Shown piece by piece: positions 40,807 through 50,458 of a stretch of DNA of 64,000 nucleotides (its first letter is position 1; every line of letters starts with the position of its first letter). Source of the DNA: an uncultured Gemmatimonadales bacterium (lineage in GTDB: Bacteria; Gemmatimonadota; Gemmatimonadetes; Longimicrobiales; Gaopeijiaceae); assembly GCA_963809895.1 (NCBI GenBank), contig CAWELD010000003.1:832001-896000 (forward strand). Direction: 5' to 3'. Made by a program: the position numbers and the translations under genes. The notes below the pieces were generated by a model. The model made no database searches. It saw only the letters and a program-made list of their open reading frames with translations, and was not told the origin of the DNA.

Positions 40807-42483
40807 GTGGTCCCCGCAATGGGAGAGGCGACGGTGGTTGTCATCTGGATGGTCTACGCCGTGACCGTGACCGGCCTCGTGGCCGGCGCGGCCCATCTGT
40901 TGGAGCGAGAAGCGCGTGCTCGCGGGCGGTCCGGTCGCTGGATCTGGGCCGTGGCCCTCGCGGTGTCGTGCGCGGCCTTGCCCTCGTCCTGGCTGTGGGC
41001 CGGTCGTGCCCCGGTGGCGGCGCCCGACCTCCAGACCATTCCCGTCGTGCCCATCCCGGGATTCGTTCCCGGTGTCGTCGCCGGCCTCGGCCGTGTGGCG
41101 AGCCCCTGGGCGCGTCTCCTGGATGCTCCGATCCTGGGGCTCTGGGGACTCGCGTCGGGCCTTCTCCTGATCGGGTTCCTGGTCTCGGCCGTTCGCCTGG
41201 CGCGACAGGCCCACCGATGGCGTCAGGCTCGACTCCACGGGGTCGACGTGCGAATCTCGCACGGCACGGGACCGGCGGTGGTGGGAATCCTCCGCCCTCG
41301 CATCGTGCTTCCGTCCTGGGTGCAGGAGATCCCCGGGTCGGACGTGAGGCTGATTCTCCGGCACGAGCTGGAACACCTGAAGGCACGTGACCCGCTGGTG
41401 ATGTTCGGAGCGTTCCTGTTGACCGTGCTGTTTCCCTGGAATCCCGTGCTGTGGTGGCAGCTCGGCCGCATGCGGGCCGCGGTGGAGTTGGACTGTGACC
41501 GCCGGGTGGTACGGGGGCGCTCGCGGGTCCGGCAGCGACGCTACGGAGAGCTCCTCATGACCGTGGGATCCCGGGTCGTGGCGGGTGCGCATCGACCTGC
41601 GCTGGCGGCGTTCGCCGAGCGCACCACCTCTCTGGAACGGAGGATACGCACCATGCTCGCTCGCGGAACCCGACCCTCGCTGAAGGGACTCGTGCTCGGT
41701 GGCAGCCTCGCCGCGCTCCTCCTGGCCGGTGCCTGCCTCGTACCGTCGCCGGACCGGAACGCGGACACGACGGCGCCCGACCTGGACACGGACGCGGTCC
41801 CGGCTTCGCAAGACGAGTTCACACCCTTTACGCAGGCTCCTCAACTCCTGAATCCCGAAGAGGTCCGGCGCGCTCTGGCCGACGCCTACCCCGACGACCT
41901 GCGAGACGAAGGCGTCACCGGCGCGACCATGCTGTGGCTCTATGTGACCACGGAGGGCAGGGTGTCCGATCTGCGGGTGGACCGCTCCTCGGGCTCCACG
42001 GCGTTGGACCGGGCCGCCATGAGCGTGGCCGACGTGATGCGTTACGCCCCGGCGCTCAACAGGGACCAGCCGGTGGCGGTGTGGGTCGAAGTGCCCCTGT
42101 CGTTCATTCCCGAGAGTCCGGTGGACGCCACGCCGGTGGAGCCGTCGGTTCGGTCCACCGTCGACATTGCCGATGGGCCGGTGTTCACCCCGTACACCGT
42201 CGGTCCCGAGATCACCAACCGTCTCGAGGTGCAGCGAGCGCTGGAGAGCGAGTATCCGCCGCTGCTGAGAGACGCCGGCATCGGGGGCACCACCAAGATC
42301 TGGTTCTTCATCGACGAGCAGGGTCAGGTGCGGGCCACCCGCATCGCCGAATCCAGCGGCAGCGATCCGCTGGACGACGCGGCCCTCGAGGTGGCCGGCA
42401 TGATCTCCTTCACGCCGGCGAAGAACAGGGATAAGCCCGTGCCCGTGTGGGTGAGCTTCCCCATCACCTTCCAGGTGCGGTAG
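40807..42483 (+). CDS. M56 (BlaR1-like) peptidase fused to two TonB C-terminal domains
   Basis: GPAVVGILRPRIVLP, HELEH zinc motif, PWNPVLWW, ELDCDRRV; two copies of YP..LRD.G..G...SSG...LD.AA...PA.NRD.PV.VWV. Confidence 0.88.
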   Translation: MVPAMGEATVVVIWMVYAVTVTGLVAGAAHLLEREARARGRSGRWIWAVALAVSCAALPSSWLWAGRAPVAAPDLQTIPVVPIPGFVPGVVAGLGRVASPWARLLDAPILGLWGLASGLLLIGFLVSAVRLARQAHRWRQARLHGVDVRISHGTGPAVVGILRPRIVLPSWVQEIPGSDVRLILRHELEHLKARDPLVMFGAFLLTVLFPWNPVLWWQLGRMRAAVELDCDRRVVRGRSRVRQRRYGELLMTVGSRVVAGAHRPALAAFAERTTSLERRIRTMLARGTRPSLKGLVLGGSLAALLLAGACLVPSPDRNADTTAPDLDTDAVPASQDEFTPFTQAPQLLNPEEVRRALADAYPDDLRDEGVTGATMLWLYVTTEGRVSDLRVDRSSGSTALDRAAMSVADVMRYAPALNRDQPVAVWVEVPLSFIPESPVDATPVEPSVRSTVDIADGPVFTPYTVGPEITNRLEVQRALESEYPPLLRDAGIGGTTKIWFFIDEQGQVRATRIAESSGSDPLDDAALEVAGMISFTPAKNRDKPVPVWVSFPITFQVR

Positions 42484-42677
42484 CGCGTGTAGCCGCGCCT
42501 GCTGATCCCAGGTGAGGGCGCCGTTGGCGCCGGTGCGGCCCGGGGCCCGGAGTGGGTCCCGGGCCGTCGTCCGTTAAACGATTAGCTTGCCCTCGGCCCG
42601 AAGTTGAAGACAACTTTAGGGTCATGCAGGGTCGCGGACAGCCCTTCCTCTCCCTCCCCGAACGTCCGAGGACCCCG

Positions 42678-44600
42678 ATGGCCAGCGAGAAGGAGCGGAC
42701 GGTGGAGCAGCGGCTCCGCGCGGCCGTGGAGTCGGCACCCAGCGGCCTGGTGATGGTCGACGGGGACGGCAGGATCGTCCTCGTGAACCGTGAGATCGAG
42801 CGGCTGTTCGGCTATTCGCGCGAAGAGATTCTGGGTCGCTCCATCGAGCTCCTGGTTCCCGAGCCCCTTCGGGGCCCCCATGTGGACTTCCGGCACGACT
42901 TTCTCGCCGATCCCCGGGTGCGCGCCATGGGAGCGGGGCGCGACCTCTACGGGCAACGCAAGGACGGATCGGAGGTCCCCGTGGAGATCGGACTCACTCC
43001 GGTAGCCACCGAGGAGGGCCTGTTCGTGCTCGCGTCGGTGGTGGATATCCGGGCGCGCAAACAGGCGGAAGCGCGCTTCCGAGCGGCCGTGGAATCGTCC
43101 CCAAACGGGATGGTGATGGTCGACGAGCGCGGCCGGATCATCCTCGTGAACCGCGAGGTCGAGCGCATGTTCGGCTACGAGCGTTCCGAGTTGCTGGGGC
43201 GCTCCATCGAGATACTGGTGCCCGAGCGCTTTCGCGACGGCCATCCCGCCTTCCGGAGGGGCTTCTACGCGGACCCCCGCTCCCGTGCCATGGGCGCCGG
43301 GCGCGATCTCTTCGGACTGCGCAAAGACGGGTCCGAGATCCCGGTGGAGATCGGACTGAATCCCATCGAGACCGACGAGGGCCTGGTGGTCCTCAGCTCC
43401 ATCGTGGACATCAGCGCCCGCAAGTCCGCCGAGGAAGAGCGGCAGCGGCTCGAGCAGCAGCTGCGGCAGGCGCAGAAGATGGAAGCGGTGGGTACGCTGG
43501 CCGGGGGCATCGCCCACGACTTCAACAACATTCTGGGCGCCATCATCGGGTACGCCGAGCTGCTGGAGACGGCGCTGGCCACCGACCGCGCCCGGGTCGA
43601 CCTCGCCGACCTCATCGCGCAGGCCGAGCGCGGCCGGCACCTGGTGGAGCGCCTGCTCGCCTTCAGCCGCCGACAGGAGGCGGTCCGGCGTCCTCTGTCC
43701 ATGGATCAGTCGTTGGAGGAGATCCGGCGGCTCCTGCGGGCGACGCTGCCCGCGACCATCGACATCCAGGTCAGCGTCGCGTCGCCGCTACCCAGGGTGC
43801 TCGCCGACGGGACCGCCATCCAGCAGGTCATGATGAATCTGGGCACGAATGCGGCCCACGCCATGCCGGGTGGAGGGCGCCTCGACATCCGGGCCGAGCC
43901 GTTCTACGTCAGGGACAGCAAGGCCAGGGCGCACCCGGAGCTCCGTGAGGGTCCCCATCTCCTGGTATCCGTGTCGGATACGGGGGTGGGGATGGACCAG
44001 GCGACCCTCGAGCGGGCGCTGGAACCCTTCTTCACCACCAAGGCACCGGGCCGCGGCAGCGGGCTCGGGCTCTCCATGGTGCACGGCATCATGCAGGAGC
44101 ACGAAGGAGGACTTGAGGTGGAGAGCGAGAAGGGACGCGGAACGACGATCCGGTGTTTCTTCCCGGTCATGGAAGACACCACGGCAGAGGCCCCGGCGGC
44201 CGACCTGGAGGTGCCCCGGGGCGAGGGGCGTACGATCCTCTACGTCGACGACGAGCCTTCGCTGGCGCACGTGGGGCGACGTCGGCTGGAGAAGCTCGGC
44301 TACGAGGTGCGAGCGGAGTCGGACAGCATGCAGGCGCTGGAGATCTTCCGTGCGGACCCGGACGGCTTCGACCTGTTGGTCACAGACTATGCCATGCCTG
44401 GCATGAACGGCGCGGAGCTGATGGAAGCGATTCGAAGCATCCGCGACGACCTGCCGATCGTCCTCCTCACGGGCTACGTCGACGCGCTGCCCGACCAGGC
44501 CCTTCGCTTCGCCGGCGTGCACACGGTGGCGCAGAAGCCACTCACCTTCACCGAGCTGGGCATGGTCGTAGGACGGGCGCTGGGCGCGGCGAAGGACTGA
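42678..44600 (+). CDS. Hybrid sensor histidine kinase with two PAS domains and a receiver
   Basis: Two near-identical PAS repeats, GIAHDFNN, PFFTTK, GSGLGLS, C-terminal VDDE/TDYAMPGM. Confidence 0.93.
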   Translation: MASEKERTVEQRLRAAVESAPSGLVMVDGDGRIVLVNREIERLFGYSREEILGRSIELLVPEPLRGPHVDFRHDFLADPRVRAMGAGRDLYGQRKDGSEVPVEIGLTPVATEEGLFVLASVVDIRARKQAEARFRAAVESSPNGMVMVDERGRIILVNREVERMFGYERSELLGRSIEILVPERFRDGHPAFRRGFYADPRSRAMGAGRDLFGLRKDGSEIPVEIGLNPIETDEGLVVLSSIVDISARKSAEEERQRLEQQLRQAQKMEAVGTLAGGIAHDFNNILGAIIGYAELLETALATDRARVDLADLIAQAERGRHLVERLLAFSRRQEAVRRPLSMDQSLEEIRRLLRATLPATIDIQVSVASPLPRVLADGTAIQQVMMNLGTNAAHAMPGGGRLDIRAEPFYVRDSKARAHPELREGPHLLVSVSDTGVGMDQATLERALEPFFTTKAPGRGSGLGLSMVHGIMQEHEGGLEVESEKGRGTTIRCFFPVMEDTTAEAPAADLEVPRGEGRTILYVDDEPSLAHVGRRRLEKLGYEVRAESDSMQALEIFRADPDGFDLLVTDYAMPGMNGAELMEAIRSIRDDLPIVLLTGYVDALPDQALRFAGVHTVAQKPLTFTELGMVVGRALGAAKD

Positions 44601-44698
44601 CGCGGGCTCGGCTGGCCACCCTTGCGTCGGTCGGCGCTTCCGGGGCATCCTCCCGACCTTCCGTCGAGTGTCTCCGCCAAGGCCACGCCGAGGCCCGC

Positions 44699-47600
44699 AT
44701 GTCCGTTCGCTTCCACTTGTCCGCAGCCCGCCTGCGATCCGCCCTGGGCGCTGCCGCCCTCCTGTGGGCGGTCGTCCCTTCCGTCACCGGTGCCCAGCAG
44801 TTGCCGGTGGACCGCCTGGGAGCCATCCACGCCCGCAACATCGGCCCGGCCGGGATGAGCGGTCGCGTCGCCGCGGTGGACGTGGTGCGGAGTGACCCCA
44901 CGCAGATCTTCGTGGGGTCGGCCACCGGAGGCGTGTTCAAGTCGGAGGACGGCGGGGTGAGCTGGTCGCCCGTCTTCGACGAGCAGCCGGTGCTGGGCGT
45001 GGGCGCCATCTCTGTATTCCAGGCCAATCCCGACATCGTCTGGGTGGGCACGGGCGAGGGAAATCCCCGGAACAGCGCCGGCGTAGGTGATGGCATCTAC
45101 AAGTCCGTCGACGGCGGTCACACGTGGCGCCTCATGGGGCTCACCGGCTCCGAGCGCATCGCCCGCGTGGTGACGCACCCCACGGACCCCGACGTGGTGT
45201 GGGTGGGGGTCATGGGACCGGCCTGGAGCGACGGCGAGGTCCGCGGAGTGTACCGCACCACCGACGGAGGCGAGAGCTGGGAGCGGGTGCTCTGGGTCGA
45301 CGAGGGCACCGGCGTGGCCGATCTGGTCCTGGACCCGACCAATCCCGACAAGCTGTTCGCCGCCATGTGGGACTTCCGACGCGACCCCTGGTTCTTCCGC
45401 TCCGGCGGACCCGGGAGTGGGCTGTTCGTGACCCGGGACGGCGGCGACACCTGGGATCGGCTGGGCCCGGAAGAGGGGCTGCCGGAAGGCGACCTGGGGC
45501 GAATCGGACTGGCCATCGCCCAAAGCGACCCCGACGTGGTCTACGCGCTGGTGGAGGCCACCCGGAGCGCGCTGCTGCGCTCCGACGACGGGGGCCGGAG
45601 CTTCCACGTGATCTCGGATCGTCAGGGCGTCGCGCCGCGGCCGTTCTACTACGCCGACCTGCGTGTCGATCCCGAGAACGAGAACCGCCTCTACTCGCTC
45701 CACTCCTCCATCCAGGTGAGCGAGGATCAGGGGCGCACCTTCCGGACCGTGGTCTCCTCGGGGATCATCCACGGGGACGTGCACGAGCTGTGGATCGATC
45801 CCTCGGATTCGCGCCACATGATCATGGGCAACGACGGCGGCATCGGGATCACCTGGAATCGGGGCGAGGACTGGCGTTTCGTGGAAAACCTCACCCTGGC
45901 CCAGTTCTACCACGTCTCGCTGGACGACGCCGTCCCCTTCAACATCTACGGCGGGCTGCAGGACAACGGCTCCTGGTGGGGTCCCAACGACGTGTGGGAG
46001 AGCAAGGGGATCCTGAACGCGCATTGGCACCGCGTGGGCGGCGGTGACGGCTTCAGCGTCTACCCCGATCCCACCGATCCGCGGTACGGGTATTCCATGT
46101 CCCAGCAGGGCTCGCTGCAACGCTTCGACCGCGTGACGGGGAACCGCGTCTCCATCCAGCCGGTGCACCCCGACGGGATCCCCCTGCGCTTCAACTGGAA
46201 CGCCGGGCTCTCGCTGGATCCCACGGACTCCACCGCCCTCTACCTGGGGAGCCAGTTCCTGCACCGGACCACGGACCACGGCGACAGCTGGGAGATCCTC
46301 AGCCCCGATCTCACCACCGACGATCCCGCTCGGCAGCGTCAGGATGTGAGCGGGGGTCTGACGCTGGACGCCACCGGGGCCGAGAACTACACCACCATCA
46401 TCGACATCTCGCCGAGCCCGCTGGAGGACGGGACCATCTGGGTCGGCACCGACGACGGCAACGTCCAGCTCACGCGCGACGACGGCGGTCGGTGGACCAA
46501 CGTGGTCGGCAACATCGCCGGAGCGCCCCCCACCGGGTGGGTGAGCGACATCGAGCCGTCGAACCACGCCCCGGGCACCGCCTACGTTTCCTTCGATCAG
46601 CACCGCCGAGGCGACTGGACCCCGTACCTCTTCCGCACCACCGACTACGGCGCCACCTGGGAGCGCCTCGGCACCGACATCGAGGGGTTCATCCACGCCG
46701 TGGAGGAGGACCCGGCCGAGCCCGCGCTCCTCTTCGCCGGCACCGAGTTCGGCCTGTGGGTGAGCTTCGACCGGGGGGCTAGCTGGCAGAAGTGGCCCTG
46801 GGTGCCTTCCATGCCCATCCGTGACCTGGAGATCCATCCCCGCGACGTGGATCTGGTGTTGGCCAGTCACGGCCGCGGCGCCTGGGTGCTGGACGACATC
46901 CGTCCGCTGCGGGCGTTGGCCTCCGATCCGGCGCTTGCGGAACGGGCCGTGGCGGCCTTCCAGCCCGCTCCGGCGATTCTGCACGCCGAGGACGAGGGTC
47001 TGGGATATCGCTCCACGGGGATGGCCATGTGGCAGGGTGAGACCCGCCCCTACGGTGCGCTGCTGAGCTACTGGGTCGGAGCGCCGGCGGCGCGGGCACG
47101 ACTCGAGGTGACCGACGCGCAGGGCCATGTGGTGGCCACCCTGTCGGGCTCCGGCGAAACGGGTCTCCAGCGCGTGGTGTGGGATCTCCGGGCTCGGGGC
47201 GATGCGGACGAGGCCTCGGGGGTGCCGGAGGGCAGCGAGGTGCTGCCCGGCGAGTACCGGGTGAGCGTGGAGGTGGGCGGCGAGCGCGACACCACGATGC
47301 TGAGCGTGGTGGACGATCCGCGCGTGCCGGCGCCGGACATGGCCGCCCGTCGGGAGCGACTGCGCGCGGTGGCCGAGGCGGATGCCCTGTCGGAGACCGC
47401 CCAGACGGCCCAGCGCAGGTTGGCCGACGCGCTGAGGGGCGTGGAGACCGTGCTGGGCACGCTGGACGCCGGAGAGGAGTCCCTGCGCGCGGACGGCGAG
47501 ACGTTGCGGGATTCGCTCCAGGCCGTGCAGCGGAGGGTGTTCACCGGGCCGGAGTGTCAGGGGATCTGCGGCGGCGAGACCCTGGCGGCCCCGGTGCGCG

Positions 47601-47809
47601 GACCCCTCTTCCGCCTCCGTAGCGGGGTCGGGGCGGTCACCCCCCTCGAGCGACTCCTCATGGATCAGGCGTCCACCGCCCTGGATGCGGTGCTCGAGGC
47701 CGTGAATGGCGCCTTGACCGGGCCCGTGGCCAGCTACCGCGAGGCTCTGAGGAGCGCCGGATACACGCCGCTCCCCGACACCGAGCCGGTGCGGCGGCCG
47801 GGCGGATGA
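44699..47809 (+). CDS. Secreted VPS10/BNR-repeat beta-propeller protein (glycosyl hydrolase-like)
   Basis: RNIGPAGMSGRV start, multiple SxDGGxxW Asp-boxes, GGLQDNG. Confidence 0.85.
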   Translation: MSVRFHLSAARLRSALGAAALLWAVVPSVTGAQQLPVDRLGAIHARNIGPAGMSGRVAAVDVVRSDPTQIFVGSATGGVFKSEDGGVSWSPVFDEQPVLGVGAISVFQANPDIVWVGTGEGNPRNSAGVGDGIYKSVDGGHTWRLMGLTGSERIARVVTHPTDPDVVWVGVMGPAWSDGEVRGVYRTTDGGESWERVLWVDEGTGVADLVLDPTNPDKLFAAMWDFRRDPWFFRSGGPGSGLFVTRDGGDTWDRLGPEEGLPEGDLGRIGLAIAQSDPDVVYALVEATRSALLRSDDGGRSFHVISDRQGVAPRPFYYADLRVDPENENRLYSLHSSIQVSEDQGRTFRTVVSSGIIHGDVHELWIDPSDSRHMIMGNDGGIGITWNRGEDWRFVENLTLAQFYHVSLDDAVPFNIYGGLQDNGSWWGPNDVWESKGILNAHWHRVGGGDGFSVYPDPTDPRYGYSMSQQGSLQRFDRVTGNRVSIQPVHPDGIPLRFNWNAGLSLDPTDSTALYLGSQFLHRTTDHGDSWEILSPDLTTDDPARQRQDVSGGLTLDATGAENYTTIIDISPSPLEDGTIWVGTDDGNVQLTRDDGGRWTNVVGNIAGAPPTGWVSDIEPSNHAPGTAYVSFDQHRRGDWTPYLFRTTDYGATWERLGTDIEGFIHAVEEDPAEPALLFAGTEFGLWVSFDRGASWQKWPWVPSMPIRDLEIHPRDVDLVLASHGRGAWVLDDIRPLRALASDPALAERAVAAFQPAPAILHAEDEGLGYRSTGMAMWQGETRPYGALLSYWVGAPAARARLEVTDAQGHVVATLSGSGETGLQRVVWDLRARGDADEASGVPEGSEVLPGEYRVSVEVGGERDTTMLSVVDDPRVPAPDMAARRERLRAVAEADALSETAQTAQRRLADALRGVETVLGTLDAGEESLRADGETLRDSLQAVQRRVFTGPECQGICGGETLAAPVRGPLFRLRSGVGAVTPLERLLMDQASTALDAVLEAVNGALTGPVASYREALRSAGYTPLPDTEPVRRPGG

Positions 47810-47842
47810 GGCCTTCGGCGAGGGCGGTGAGAGGCGCGCCCG

Positions 47843-49006
47843 ATGACGGCACGGAGCGATGCCTGCGACGTGGCCGTGGTGGGCCTGGGAGGGGTGGGTA
47901 CCGCCGCCGCGTACCATCTGGCCCGGCGAGACGTCCAGGTCGTGGGCCTCGAGCGTTTCCGGATCCCCCACGACTGGGGATCGTCACACGGAGCGAGCCG
48001 CATCCTGAGGCTGGCGTACTTCGAGGACCCGGCCTACGTGCCACTGGCGCGGCGGGCCCTGGAACTGTGGGCCGACCTGGAGCGGGTCTCGGGCGAGCGC
48101 CTGTTCGTCCAGACCGGCAGCCTCGACGGCGGCCCCGAAGACGGCCCGCTGTTCTCCGGATCGCTGGCGTCGTGTCGAGCCCACGACCTGGACCACGAGG
48201 TGCTCGACGGTATGGCGCTGGCGCGGCGTTTCCCGGGCTTCCGCATGCCCGCTGGGCACCGGTTCGTTCTGCAGCCCGACGGAGGCATCCTCCGTCCCGA
48301 GCGGTGCACCGGAGCCCACGCCCGCATGGCGGAGGCCATGGGGGCGGAGCTCCGCACCGGCGTGCGTGTGGTGGGTTGGGAGACCGAGGGAGGCGGCGCA
48401 CGGGTCTTCCTGGAGGAGGGAGAGGAGCTCCGTTGCGGGGCGCTGGTGCTGACGCCGGGGCCCTGGGCCGGAGACCTGTTGCCCGGGATCGGTCGCGCCC
48501 TGCGGGTCGAGCGCCAGGTGGTGGGATGGACCCGGCCCCAACAGGAGACCCTCTTCGATCCGGGCCGCATGCCGGTGTACAACGTGGAAGTGGACGCGGG
48601 TCACCACTACGGGTTCCCGGCGCTGGACGGTGACGGTCCCAAGGTCGGCCGCTTCGGTCACCTGGGCGAGATCGTCGATCCCGACGAGGTCGACCGCACC
48701 CCCACGCCGGCCGACCGTGATGCGCTGCAGGCTTTCGCCGACCGGTACCTGGCCGACGCGGGACCGGTGGAGCGCATGATGGCCTGCCTGTTCACGCGCA
48801 CGCCGGACGGCCACTTCGTGGTGGACTGCATCCAGCGCGATCCGCCTGTGGCCGTGGGATGCGGCTTCAGCGGGCACGGGTTCAAGTTCGCCAGCGCCCT
48901 GGGCGAGTGTCTCGCCGGCCTGGTGCTGGACGGCGACGGCGGGCCCTGGATCGAGCATCTGAGATCCGACCGTCCCGGGCTGACTCCCGAAGGCGCCGAC
49001 GGTTGA
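47843..49006 (+). CDS. solA: N-methyl-L-tryptophan/sarcosine oxidase-family flavoprotein
   Basis: VVGLGGVG, GSSHGASRILRLAYFE, CLFTRTPDGHF, GFSGHGFKF. Confidence 0.85.
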   Translation: MTARSDACDVAVVGLGGVGTAAAYHLARRDVQVVGLERFRIPHDWGSSHGASRILRLAYFEDPAYVPLARRALELWADLERVSGERLFVQTGSLDGGPEDGPLFSGSLASCRAHDLDHEVLDGMALARRFPGFRMPAGHRFVLQPDGGILRPERCTGAHARMAEAMGAELRTGVRVVGWETEGGGARVFLEEGEELRCGALVLTPGPWAGDLLPGIGRALRVERQVVGWTRPQQETLFDPGRMPVYNVEVDAGHHYGFPALDGDGPKVGRFGHLGEIVDPDEVDRTPTPADRDALQAFADRYLADAGPVERMMACLFTRTPDGHFVVDCIQRDPPVAVGCGFSGHGFKFASALGECLAGLVLDGDGGPWIEHLRSDRPGLTPEGADG

Positions 49007-49037
49007 CGCCTGGCCGCCGCGCCACTACCCGTTGAGC

Positions 49038-49124
49038 ATGACCGACCTCTCCCGCACACCCCCGCTCCGATTTAGCCGCCGGCCATCCGCCGGTGGAGCG
49101 GGGTGCGTGCGCGGGTCGCCCTAG
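49038..49124 (+). CDS. Putative leader peptide upstream of pheA (28 aa)
   Basis: MTDLSRTPPLRFSRRPSAGGAGCVRGSP*, preceded by TTGACG-17nt-TACCCG and followed by a terminator. Confidence 0.35.
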   Translation: MTDLSRTPPLRFSRRPSAGGAGCVRGSP

Positions 49125-49153
49125 GCGGCGCCACCCTGGGTACAGAGGTCCTG

Positions 49154-49190
49154 AGCGGGCCCTTCCTCCACCGGGAAGGGCCCGCTTTTT
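49154..49190 (+). terminator. Intrinsic terminator / attenuator just before pheA
   Basis: 13-bp perfect stem AGCGGGCCCTTCC/GGAAGGGCCCGCT plus T-tract, ending about 30 nt before the pheA ATG. Confidence 0.8.
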
Positions 49191-49219
49191 CGTATTCCCC
49201 CTCCGAGGCTGGCAGTCCC

Positions 49220-50365
49220 ATGACCGATCCCACATCCCCCTTGTGCGTCGCCTATCAGGGCGAGCCCGGTGCCTTCAGCGAAGAGGCCCTGCGGGCCTGG
49301 TTCGGTCCCGCGGCGACGCCCGTGGGCCATCGCGACTTCACCGGCCTGGTATGCGCCGTGGCCAGCGGAGAAGTCCCGTTCGGGGTGTTGCCCATCGAGA
49401 ACACCCTGGCCGGCGGCGTCGGCGCGGCTTGTGACGCCTTTCTCCGGGCCGACGTCGACGTGGTGGGCGAGATCGTGCACCCGATCCGGCACACCCTGTG
49501 GGCGCGGGCGGGCGCGTCGTTGTCCAATGTGCGCCGGGTGCTGTCGCATCCGGTGGCCCTGGCCCAGTGCCGCCGCTTCCTGGAGCGGCACCCGTGGCTG
49601 GAGGCGGTCCCGGTAGAGGACACCGCCGGCGCGGTGCGGCAGGTGGCCGAGTCGGGGAGCGAAGGCGACGCCGCGGTAGCGTCGGGGGGCGTGGGCGCAC
49701 GCTTCGGTTTGTCGGCGCTGGCGTCGGACGTCCAGGATCGTGCCGACAATCAGACCCGCTTCTGGGTCCTGCGGGCGTGGGAGGCGGCGCCGGGACCTTC
49801 AGGCGCGCCTCGTGGGCCGTGGAAGACACTGCTCGACTTCACGACGCCCCACAGGCCGGGCGCCCTCATGCGGGTCCTGCGGGCGCTGGCCGACGGGGGC
49901 CTCAACCTCGCGTCGTTGGACTCGCGTCCCGGCGAAGAGCCGTGGACCTACCGCTTCGTGGCCGAGCTCGAAGGGCGTCTGGAAGGCGAGGACGCCGAGA
50001 CGGCACTTCGCCAGGCGCGATCCCACGCGCTCACCCTCCGCGCACGAGGGCCCTATCAGGTCCTTCACACCCAGGACGACGACGGCCCGCCACGGGCGGC
50101 GCGGGGCGGGGGACCCCTGGACCTGGAGGAGCTGAGGTCCGGCATCGACGCCATCGACCGCACCCTTCTCGGCCTGCTGGCACGACGGCGGGAACTGGCA
50201 CGCCGGGCTCAGGAGACCCGGCAACGCGAAGGCGACGTCCAGCGCGATCCCCCGCGCGAAGCCGACGTCATCCGGCGAGCCGCGACCCGCGCGCGGGAGC
50301 TGGACCTTCCGGACGAGGAGGTGCGACGCATCATGTGGAGCGTGGTGGCGCTGTGCGTGGCCTAA
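49220..50365 (+). CDS. pheA: Prephenate dehydratase-ACT with C-terminal chorismate mutase domain
   Basis: AYQGEPGAFSE, LPIENTLAG, SHPVALAQC, NQTRFW, DSRP; C-terminal LEELRSGIDAIDRTLLGLLARR...RDPPRE. Confidence 0.9.
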   Translation: MTDPTSPLCVAYQGEPGAFSEEALRAWFGPAATPVGHRDFTGLVCAVASGEVPFGVLPIENTLAGGVGAACDAFLRADVDVVGEIVHPIRHTLWARAGASLSNVRRVLSHPVALAQCRRFLERHPWLEAVPVEDTAGAVRQVAESGSEGDAAVASGGVGARFGLSALASDVQDRADNQTRFWVLRAWEAAPGPSGAPRGPWKTLLDFTTPHRPGALMRVLRALADGGLNLASLDSRPGEEPWTYRFVAELEGRLEGEDAETALRQARSHALTLRARGPYQVLHTQDDDGPPRAARGGGPLDLEELRSGIDAIDRTLLGLLARRRELARRAQETRQREGDVQRDPPREADVIRRAATRARELDLPDEEVRRIMWSVVALCVA

Positions 50366-50458
50366 TGAGCTACCCCGGGGCGCGTACTGGCGCGCCGGGA
50401 CCCCGAGGGGGCACCTTAGCCCCGCCTCGTGTCCCATGGTCCATTCTGGAGAGACGCC

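Noticed and set aside
44474..47971. Very long antisense ORFs (also 1976-4183, 5236-7431, 21521-23881, 34645-36669)
   Set aside because: Shadow frames of real genes, expected at this GC content; no recognisable motifs.
49090..49140. T-box riboswitch before pheA
   Set aside because: No sense-strand T-box consensus (GGTGGNACCGCG) and the leader is too short for stem I.
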